From Spirochaetota bacterium (GTDB lineage Bacteria > Spirochaetota > B62-G9 > DRHN01), in contig DRHN01000405.1 of NCBI GenBank assembly GCA_011049595.1, positions 1 through 62,788 of the forward strand: DNA of 62,788 bases, given 5' to 3'. Shown here one piece after another: positions 55,723 to 62,788 of the stretch. Numbering within the stretch: the stretch's first letter is position 1; every line of letters begins with the position of its first letter. The notes under the pieces were generated by a model. It saw nothing but the letters and a program-made list of their open reading frames with translations. It was not told where the DNA came from and searched no databases. A program made the position numbers and the translations under genes.

Positions 55723-56850
55723 ATGAATGTCAACGGGAAACATTATCGCACAATCTGGTTAAAAGAGGACGATCCGAACACAGTCCAGGTCATCGATCAG
55801 CGTTTTCTTCCTCACGATTTTGTTGTTGAAGATCTCACTACCGTGGATGAAGTAGCCCGTGCAATAAAGGATATGCACATCCGCGGGGCCGGGTTGATCG
55901 GTGCAGCTGCCGGCTACGGGATGTACATTTCAGCATTACACGCGCCAAAAAATTCTGAAAAAATATTTCTGGAAACTTTAACATCCGACGGCGCGAAGTT
56001 GAAAGCCACGCGCCCTACGGCGATCAATCTCGAGTGGGCAGTGCAGCGGCAGATAGACGCAATTACCGCTGCTCGAGGAATTAACGCAAAAATGCAGACT
56101 GCATACAGCAACGCGCAGGCGATTGCAGATGAAGATTCCGATTTTTGCCGTCGAATCGGCGAACATGGATTGGAAATCATCAGGGAAATAAGCCGGATCA
56201 AGGACGGTGAAGCAGTAAATGTGCTGACTCACTGCAACCCGGGATGGCTGGCTTTTGTGGACTACGGCACTGCGATTTCCCCTGTCTACCTTGCCCATGA
56301 TCGCGCGATTAAAGTCCATGTCTGGGTCGATGAGACCCGGCCGCGCAACCAGGGTGCCCGGCTGACTGCATGGGAGCTTGGCCAGCACGGTGTACCGCAC
56401 ACAGTTATTCCTGACAACGCGGGCGGACATCTGATGCAGAACGGTATGGTGGACCTGGTGATAACGGGGACTGACCGTACAACATACACCGGCGACGCAG
56501 CGAACAAGATCGGCACCTACCTGAAGGCGCTGGCTGCTAACGACAATGGTGTCCCTTTCTATATCGCGCTCCCATCCTCAACCTTTGACTGGCAGGTACG
56601 GGACGGAATAAAGGAAATCCCGATCGAGCAGCGCGATGAAGAGGAAGTCAAGTATATTGCCGGTCTGAACGACGGAGAAATAAAAAAAGTCCTTTTAACA
56701 CCCGAAAACAGCCCTGCCGCGAATTACGCTTTTGATGTAACACCAGCGAGATTGATCACGGGTTTGATCACCGAAAGAGGGGTGTGTAAAGCTTCAGAGG
56801 AGGGAGTGCTGGCTTTGTTTCCTGAAAGAAGGGTTCCTGGTAACCCTTAA
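55723..56850 (+). CDS. mtnA: S-methyl-5-thioribose-1-phosphate isomerase
   Basis: 375 aa. Motifs: QRFLPH, IRGAGLIGAAAGYG, THCNPGWLA, ETRPRNQGARLTAWEL, GTDRTTYTGDAANKIGTY. Confidence 0.9.
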   Translation: MNVNGKHYRTIWLKEDDPNTVQVIDQRFLPHDFVVEDLTTVDEVARAIKDMHIRGAGLIGAAAGYGMYISALHAPKNSEKIFLETLTSDGAKLKATRPTAINLEWAVQRQIDAITAARGINAKMQTAYSNAQAIADEDSDFCRRIGEHGLEIIREISRIKDGEAVNVLTHCNPGWLAFVDYGTAISPVYLAHDRAIKVHVWVDETRPRNQGARLTAWELGQHGVPHTVIPDNAGGHLMQNGMVDLVITGTDRTTYTGDAANKIGTYLKALAANDNGVPFYIALPSSTFDWQVRDGIKEIPIEQRDEEEVKYIAGLNDGEIKKVLLTPENSPAANYAFDVTPARLITGLITERGVCKASEEGVLALFPERRVPGNP

Positions 56851-56885
56851 AGGGTTCCTGGTAACCCTTAAAGGCTCCTGGTGAC
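56830..56885 (+). repeat. 21-nt tandem duplication (2 exact units plus a degenerate third) spanning the mtnA stop codon
   Basis: agggttcctggtaacccttaa occurs at 56830-56850 and again at 56851-56871, followed by aggctcctggtgac at 56872-56885. Each exact unit carries the TAA. Confidence 0.95.
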
Positions 56886-56993
56886 TTTGACAGTTTTTCC
56901 ATAATCTTAATATTTATTCCGAATACTAAAACATTTACTTCGATTTCATAAATAGTTATTTAGTTCTTGGTAATAAATCACAAAATTCACTTT

Positions 56994-57093
56994 ATTGAGC
57001 CGTTTCACCGCGACTAATTAGTTCTATTTAACTGTTTATATTTTCATAATTAATAATGTTAATAATACTTAGTTAAATTGAAAATACTAATTA
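56994..57093 (+). repeat. AT-rich intergenic repeat element, copy B
   Basis: See copy A. Blocks 56994-57018, 57010-57057 and 57064-57093 match copy A at 25/25, 47/48 and 28/30, but with the 25-mer on the other side of the 48-mer. Confidence 0.9.
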
Positions 57094-57222
57094 TTTACAA
57101 AGAACTAATTATAAAACAGAAATGGATTTTTCCGCAAGCAAAAACAGTTCTAATGATCGTTTACATTAACACCGTGAAGACCCGGCTTCGCCACCTGCAG
57201 ATAACTAAAAAGGGAGTGCAGT

Positions 57223-58479
57223 GTGCCTTATAAAGCTCTTGATGAAAACAGTGTTCCGGACTATGTGAAAAGCCGCCCCGCTCTCGGCGGATTATTCCCC
57301 TCGGATTGTGATGTGGGGGTGAAAGAAATCGGCGACGGGAATGTAAACCTGGTTTTTATGGTCGAAAACAAAGATAACCGTGAACATTCAGCGGTGCTTA
57401 AACAGGCATTGCCTTACCTACGTGTAGCCGGAGAGTCATGGCCCCTTACACGGGAAAGAATGCGTTTTGAAACCCAGGCCCTTCTAAAATATAATGAGCT
57501 GGCACCCGGCCTTGCGCCGGAGGTATACGATCACGACGAAGAAATGTCGCTGGTCATTATGGAGCATCTTAAGGGTTTCGAGATAATGCGCAAACCTCTG
57601 GTAGCTCGAAAACGTTTCCCACGGTTCGTTGATCATATCTCGACGTTTATGGCAAGGACACTGTTTTTTACATCGGATCTTTACCTCACACGTGTGGAAA
57701 AAAAAGGACTGCAGGACCGGTTCGTACACCCTCAATTACACAAGATCCAGGAAGATTTTGTCTTTACCAATCCGTACATGGATTCTCCGGAAAACAACTG
57801 GAACCCTGAAATCGACGCTGAAGTAAAGGCTGTCAGAAGCAACAGTACACTGAAACTGGCACTGGCCGAGATCAAAGAATCCTATATAACACACGTGCAG
57901 GCGCTTATACACGGCGACCTGCACACAGGAAGTGTCATGCTCAATAATGACCGCACCTGTGTTATCGACCCTGAATTCGCGTTTTTCGGCCCAATGGGTT
58001 TTGATGTAGGAGCCATGCTCGAAAACCTGGTTTTAAACCTTCTCTCCCATTACGCCCACACAAAAGATCCGGCAGAACGTTCTGTCTACCGTGAATATCT
58101 GCTCGAACTCGTAAAAGGTGTTTGGGATGAGTTCGCCCGTAAGTTCGATGACCTGTGGAAAAAAAACCAGCGCGGGGAACTTGTGCCTTCAGGGTACTGG
58201 CAATTTCAAGGCGGCAGTGAGGCCTTTGAGGAATACCGCAGTCAATACATTCTCGATCTGCTTCGTGACACCGCCGGGTACGGGGGCGCAAAAATGCTCA
58301 GAAGAATGATGGGCATTGTGAGCGTCTGGGATATTTCGATCATCGAGGACCTGAAAAAGAGGGCTGTCGCCGAACTCGCGGCCATACGTATAGGTTCAAG
58401 ATGGCTTCTCGAGCGTAAACAAATAACCGGGATCAATGATCTGATAGGTATAGTGAAGGAAGAAACAAAAGACATATGA
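57223..58479 (+). CDS. mtnK: S-methyl-5-thioribose kinase
   Basis: 418 aa. GTG start behind AAGGGAG. Motifs EIGDGNVNLVF and LIHGDLHTGSVM belong to the aminoglycoside-phosphotransferase-like kinase fold typical of MtnK. Confidence 0.85.
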   Translation: MPYKALDENSVPDYVKSRPALGGLFPSDCDVGVKEIGDGNVNLVFMVENKDNREHSAVLKQALPYLRVAGESWPLTRERMRFETQALLKYNELAPGLAPEVYDHDEEMSLVIMEHLKGFEIMRKPLVARKRFPRFVDHISTFMARTLFFTSDLYLTRVEKKGLQDRFVHPQLHKIQEDFVFTNPYMDSPENNWNPEIDAEVKAVRSNSTLKLALAEIKESYITHVQALIHGDLHTGSVMLNNDRTCVIDPEFAFFGPMGFDVGAMLENLVLNLLSHYAHTKDPAERSVYREYLLELVKGVWDEFARKFDDLWKKNQRGELVPSGYWQFQGGSEAFEEYRSQYILDLLRDTAGYGGAKMLRRMMGIVSVWDISIIEDLKKRAVAELAAIRIGSRWLLERKQITGINDLIGIVKEETKDI

Positions 58480-58488
58480 GGAATTCCT

Positions 58489-60243
58489 ATGGGCCTGAAT
58501 CTGTCGGCACTCTGCATTGTGGACTCAAATAAGAAGGAGCAGTATGAAATACTCCAGGAAACGATCTGGGCCCCTCTGGCGCATTTCGGCATTCCTCACA
58601 CAGCTTTTGACATGACATCTGGCAATGATTTGAACGACCCTCTTCTGTCATGTGCCGTGATAATTTTTGCGCAGGAGAATGTCCTGTCGTCCCTTTCCCC
58701 GGAAAACGGCATGTCGATAACGAAAGCGATCGCCGCCGGCACCGGGCTTATTTCCTTTGATCCTGATATCCACCACTTACCCGAATCACTCAAATACGCC
58801 TTCGGGCTGCGCACAACAGAAGAGCAGACACATATGCATGTTGGATTCTTTGACATGCCGGAGTCAACCACTCAAGCCGTTCGCACCATAGACAACGAAC
58901 ATTACATTACATATACAAGAGAGATCGAATTTACCCACTTCAATAAACCTGTTCGGGTGGGAAACATCGTCGAGATCGGCACAGACGCAAGGGTACTCAT
59001 GGTCCATGCCAACAGCAGCGGATGCCCGGCTCTTGTAGTAACGAGTTTCGAAAAAGGGCGTGCAGTTCTGTTTACCTTTTCAACTACTGTTTGGCTGAAA
59101 GAATATTTTGGTCACGGTGGCGGTCTCACCGACGTTTTCTGGAAAAGCATAGCATGGGCAGCCCGAAAGCCGTTTACCATGTTCGCGATGCCGCCCTTTG
59201 CAACGATGAGGGTCGATGACTGCAGCGGAACAAACGATCGCTTCAGATGGATCGATACCGTCAACCGGCACGGCATCATCCCGCACTGCTCGCTATTTAT
59301 GGAAAATATCAGCCGAACAGGCTCCCTGGCCCTCAAGCGCAAGTATGACGAAGGGCTTGCTGAATTCTCGGCTCACGCCTTTACCTGGAACCGTGTATTT
59401 TACTGGAAACCTGAAAGCCCCGAGGATCACACCAGAGGGGAGCCGCTGCCCGATCATGAATTGAGAGACGCGTTTCAAAAAATCGATGCCAAATTCTCCG
59501 AATGGGGTATAAAACCATCTCGAGTCTTCCTCCCGCATTTCGGCGAGGTCGGGCAAAATGTGCTTCCTTTTCTAAAAGAGCGCGGGATTATTTTTTTCGG
59601 CCTGCAAATGCGTATTAACGTGCCTTTCAACTACGTTGTCGGCGGGACAAACAGAGAACTTATGCCCTATTTCGGTCAGGGCGGTACACTGGATAAACAT
59701 CCTGAAGACCCGGATTTTTTTGTGGCCGAGTCAGATTACACGACTTTACCGAAAGCTGAGATCGATCTAAAAGTCGCGAAGGATGAGATTAAGGAACCCT
59801 ATCAGATGTACGATTTTCTCTGGGACTGGGGTAGAGTTGAGGTTGACATTGAGGCTGCCGCCCGGCATGCCTCGAACCAGCTGAAACTTGGCCTGGACAA
59901 CTTGATTTTCGGGCAGATCAACACTCACGAGCAGAACATTTATGTCCTGTCTTTAGCGGAATGGGAAAATCTGATGACAAGAATCGAAGAGATGACAGAA
60001 CGGTATAAGATTATGTGGAAAAATTGGGAGTACATAGCTTCCTACGCGGCGGACAGGCATGAAACAAGGATCATTTCTGTGGAGTACGATACGGCCACGC
60101 GGGATATCACCTGCAATTTTCAGGGAAGAAGCAAACAGACCCTCTACATATACGTTTTCAGGGACAAAGGTGAGTGCATTGAATACTCTCTTCATCCGGT
60201 ACCGGATTTTGAGGATTCTATAAGTCTTGTTATCCGGGAATAA
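58489..60243 (+). CDS. Hypothetical 584-aa protein tightly following mtnK
   Basis: Uninterrupted ORF that starts 9 nt after the mtnK stop. No catalytic motif recognised and no TM helix. Confidence 0.6.
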   Translation: MGLNLSALCIVDSNKKEQYEILQETIWAPLAHFGIPHTAFDMTSGNDLNDPLLSCAVIIFAQENVLSSLSPENGMSITKAIAAGTGLISFDPDIHHLPESLKYAFGLRTTEEQTHMHVGFFDMPESTTQAVRTIDNEHYITYTREIEFTHFNKPVRVGNIVEIGTDARVLMVHANSSGCPALVVTSFEKGRAVLFTFSTTVWLKEYFGHGGGLTDVFWKSIAWAARKPFTMFAMPPFATMRVDDCSGTNDRFRWIDTVNRHGIIPHCSLFMENISRTGSLALKRKYDEGLAEFSAHAFTWNRVFYWKPESPEDHTRGEPLPDHELRDAFQKIDAKFSEWGIKPSRVFLPHFGEVGQNVLPFLKERGIIFFGLQMRINVPFNYVVGGTNRELMPYFGQGGTLDKHPEDPDFFVAESDYTTLPKAEIDLKVAKDEIKEPYQMYDFLWDWGRVEVDIEAAARHASNQLKLGLDNLIFGQINTHEQNIYVLSLAEWENLMTRIEEMTERYKIMWKNWEYIASYAADRHETRIISVEYDTATRDITCNFQGRSKQTLYIYVFRDKGECIEYSLHPVPDFEDSISLVIRE

Positions 60244-60252
60244 AGGCCCTCT

Positions 60253-61455
60253 ATGAAAAATTACAGGCTTTTTGCCACAGTCCCGAAAGCAATGGAGGAT
60301 ATCCTCGCTGAAGAATTATGTGAACTCGGCGCACACAACATAAGACAGACCCTCGCGGGAGTTTCTTTTGACGGTTCAATGGAGACCGCGTACCGTGCCT
60401 GCCTCTGGAGCAGGGTTGCCAATCGTGTCCTTTTGATCCTGGATACTTTTGATGTAAGAGCACAGTATGATCTTTACAAAGGCGTTCAGAGGACTGACTG
60501 GGGGAAACATCTGGGTCCCGGGGGGAGTTTTGCGGTCACCTTTAACGTAAGAAGCTCCGATGTTATAAATAACTCGCATTTCGGGGCCCTGAAAGTAAAG
60601 GACGCTATCGTCGACCAGATGCGAAGCCGGTTCGGCAGGAGACCCGATATCGACCGTGAACGGCCCGATATAAGGATCAATGTGTACCTGAACAGGGAAA
60701 AAGCCAGGCTCAGCCTGGATCTTTCAGGGGAAAGTCTTCACCGGCGGGGCTACCGGGACATCAATATAAAGGCGCCGATGAAAGAGAACCTTGCGGCAGC
60801 GATCCTGATCCGGAGCGGCTGGCCAGAATTGGCCAAAACTGGCGGGTCTCTGCTTGATCCCATGTGCGGCTCCGGCACACTGCTTCTCGAAGGTGCCCTG
60901 ATAGCCGTAAATCAGGCCCCCGGTTTGATGCGGGAATATTTTGGCTTCACCGGTTGGAAAAAACATGACCCGGCGCTCTGGAAAAAACTGGTCCTTGAAG
61001 CCGAAAACCGGAAAAACACTGCAGGAACCGGGCAGAATATTATCGCCGGTTTTGACCAGGACCCGAAAGCCCTTAGGGCCGCCCGGAATCACGTTGAAAA
61101 TATGGGCATGCAGGACTTTATTCACCTGGAACAACGGGATATTGAAAGAGCAAAACCCCTGAAAAATGGGATACCGGGGCTTGTGATCTCCAACCCGCCG
61201 TACGGGGAACGGCTTGGTACGAAACAGGAAACAGCGGACCTGTATATGAAATTCGGCGAGGTCCTCAAAGCAAACTTCAGGCACTGGCGTGCTGCTCTCA
61301 TTATCAGCAAACCGGAGCTTGGTTTCCGGCTTGGTATTCGCTCACGAAAACCGACCACATTTTATAACGGCGCGATCGAATGCAAGCTTCTGAGGATGAA
61401 AATCGAAGAACCGGAGTTCTTTATTCCAAGGGCAGATTCAAATCAGGGGCCCTAA
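60253..61455 (+). CDS. THUMP-domain class I SAM-dependent RNA methyltransferase (RlmL/RlmK N-module-like)
   Basis: 400 aa. N-terminal THUMP-like region, then SAM motif I LLDPMCGSGTLLLE and catalytic ISNPPYGERLG. Confidence 0.8.
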   Translation: MKNYRLFATVPKAMEDILAEELCELGAHNIRQTLAGVSFDGSMETAYRACLWSRVANRVLLILDTFDVRAQYDLYKGVQRTDWGKHLGPGGSFAVTFNVRSSDVINNSHFGALKVKDAIVDQMRSRFGRRPDIDRERPDIRINVYLNREKARLSLDLSGESLHRRGYRDINIKAPMKENLAAAILIRSGWPELAKTGGSLLDPMCGSGTLLLEGALIAVNQAPGLMREYFGFTGWKKHDPALWKKLVLEAENRKNTAGTGQNIIAGFDQDPKALRAARNHVENMGMQDFIHLEQRDIERAKPLKNGIPGLVISNPPYGERLGTKQETADLYMKFGEVLKANFRHWRAALIISKPELGFRLGIRSRKPTTFYNGAIECKLLRMKIEEPEFFIPRADSNQGP

Positions 61456-61566
61456 CCTGATACATCGCGTAAAAGTTAGCACCCCGGGCTGGATCCGGGC
61501 AATCAACTGCCTGCCAATCATTTGCAGAATGAAATTCCGCAGTTGGCGGAAGAGAGGAAATAGATT

Positions 61567-62652
61567 ATGACTGAGACTGGAAGCGGAGTGCTTAAACTGA
61601 CGAAAAACCGGGCTGGAGAACTGCGCAGCGCAGAAAATTCCTTTCGGCCGAAACAGGATGATATATGGGTCCCCCCTGAAATAATAAAACAGTATCAGCT
61701 GCAGGAAGGTACCTTGATAACCGGCCGGATTCTTCATGGTAAATTGACAGGTATCGATACCATAGGCGGTTTGACACCGGACCGGTACAGGGAAAGAACA
61801 CCCTTCACCGAGCTCGTCGCCGTGAACCCCTGTGAAAAGTTCGATCTCGCAATATCAGGCAATATCAGCATGAGGATCGTTGATCTCATTGCACCCCTGG
61901 GCAAAGGGACCCGCGGGATGATCGTATCACCGCCAAAAGCAGGAAAAACCACGCTTCTGATGGATATTACAAAAGCTATTTGCGCATGCAGCTCCGGGAC
62001 CCGGGTTATCGTTTTTCTAATCGATGAACGCCCTGAAGAGGTGACATTTTTCAGACGTGGAGTTGATGCCGAGGTAATAGCAAGCAATATTGATCAAAGC
62101 ATTGAAGACCATATCAAGCTGGCCGAACTGACGCTAAAACATATCCGATCCGAGCTGGAATGCGGGATCGATGTGGTGGTGCTTGTGGACAGCCTGACCC
62201 GGATGGGGAGGGTTTTCAATCTGAAGGGAAGAGGCACTGGAAGGACCTTATCCGGAGGGCTGGATTCCGGCGCCCTTGAGATACCGCGGAAGTTCTTCGG
62301 CCTGGCCAGGAACATCGAGAACGGCGGCTCGGTCACAATCATCGCCACCGCCCTTGTGGACACGGGCTCAAGGATGGATGAGCTGATATTCCAGGAGTTC
62401 AAGGGAACCGGAAACGCGGAGATCGTGCTCGATCGCAAACTTGCTGAAAAACGCATCTTTCCTGCGGTGAATATAAGAGAGAGCGGCACAAGAAAAGAGG
62501 AGCTCCTGCATTCAAAAGAGGACCTTCAAAAAATAACCCTGCTGCGCCGGGCCCTCGCAGACCTCGGACCCGAGCAGATGCTCTCCCTCCTTCTTGGAAA
62601 AATGGAAGAACACCCCACCAACCAGGAGCTTCTGGACAGTATCCGGGTGTGA
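61567..62652 (+). CDS. rho: Transcription termination factor Rho (short form lacking the N-terminal helix bundle)
   Basis: 361 aa. OB/CSD-like RNA-binding part GVLKLTKNRAGELRS...DDIWVPPEIIKQYQLQEGTLITG. Walker A SPPKAGKTTLL. Further motifs: LIDERPEEV, VLVDSLTRMGRVFN, ALVDTGSRMDELIFQEFKGTGNAEIVLDR. An in-frame TAG at 61561-61563 excludes a longer N-terminus. Confidence 0.9.
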   Translation: MTETGSGVLKLTKNRAGELRSAENSFRPKQDDIWVPPEIIKQYQLQEGTLITGRILHGKLTGIDTIGGLTPDRYRERTPFTELVAVNPCEKFDLAISGNISMRIVDLIAPLGKGTRGMIVSPPKAGKTTLLMDITKAICACSSGTRVIVFLIDERPEEVTFFRRGVDAEVIASNIDQSIEDHIKLAELTLKHIRSELECGIDVVVLVDSLTRMGRVFNLKGRGTGRTLSGGLDSGALEIPRKFFGLARNIENGGSVTIIATALVDTGSRMDELIFQEFKGTGNAEIVLDRKLAEKRIFPAVNIRESGTRKEELLHSKEDLQKITLLRRALADLGPEQMLSLLLGKMEEHPTNQELLDSIRV

Positions 62653-62657
62653 GGATA

Positions 62658-62788
62658 ATGGAGGACAAATTGGTTCCTTTCGCCATAGAACGAATTGTCC
62701 AGCTTACTCTTAAAAAAGAGGCGTTGAGAAATGGCGTAGCTTCCCTTGCAGAGATGGTGAAGATGTGTACCGCAGTTTCCGTTAAAAC
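62658..62788 (+). CDS. 5' part of an unidentified gene running off the right edge
   Basis: ATG at 62658 behind GAGGA. The frame stays open to the window end (MEDKLVPFAIERIVQLTLKKEALRNGVASLAEMVKMCTAVSVK...). Not in the ORF track because it has no stop. Confidence 0.45.
   Translation, partial: MEDKLVPFAIERIVQLTLKKEALRNGVASLAEMVKMCTAVSVK

Noticed and set aside
54119-62652. Right-hand 8.5 kb (LarA-like to rho) as a horizontally acquired island because it looks GC-richer
   Set aside because: The GC-richer look tracks conserved housekeeping genes (etf, mtn, rho) against low-complexity or hypothetical genes elsewhere. There is no integrase, tRNA or direct-repeat boundary. I could not compute composition statistics, so no claim is made.

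Overview
This is a mostly housekeeping chromosomal segment from a moderately AT-rich bacterium. It uses the standard bacterial code, since TAA, TAG and TGA all terminate recognisable genes. I count about 55 protein-coding genes. I see no rRNA, tRNA, CRISPR array, transposase, integrase or phage gene. Recognisable content, roughly in order: rhomboid protease; dCMP deaminase; a stand-alone ribosomal protein L3 gene; a giant acidic-repeat/TPR membrane protein; corrinoid salvage genes (cbiZ, cobC-like, cobU); dense signalling genes (a 7TM-GAF-PAS histidine kinase with an extra GNAT-like tail, REC-HD-GYP, a hybrid kinase, a CheY-like protein); patatin lipase; YgiQ radical SAM; Lnt; a FabF-like KAS; type II secretion pseudopilin/assembly genes split into gspIJKLM (28.3-32.3 kb) and gspGH (47.2-48.3 kb); a prephenate dehydratase-ACT-DAHP synthase fusion; PPDK; Rpe; RlmE; an MFS transporter; EtfBA plus acyl-CoA dehydrogenase; a LarA-like protein; methionine-salvage mtnA/mtnK; an RlmL-like methyltransferase; and Rho. 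The gene order (large charged helical protein, 300-aa protein, ppdK) recalls the treponemal cfpA region as I remember it, so a spirochaete-like origin is possible but unverified. The most noteworthy observations are: (1) the kinase-GNAT fusion beside an HD-GYP/patatin/secreted-protein operon; (2) the CfpA-like three-gene module; (3) a family of rearranged AT-rich intergenic repeats with three clear copies; (4) five TTCCC motifs in a GC-richer island of a 548-nt spacer; (5) the PDT-ACT-DAHPS fusion; (6) a SucD-like protein lacking the phosphohistidine loop; (7) clustered perfect DnaA boxes. Nothing here resembles a known defence island. All functional calls come from reading motifs by eye, because no searches were possible. 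ORF-track coordinates include the stop codon, and I adjusted some starts to internal ATGs that have better ribosome-binding sites.
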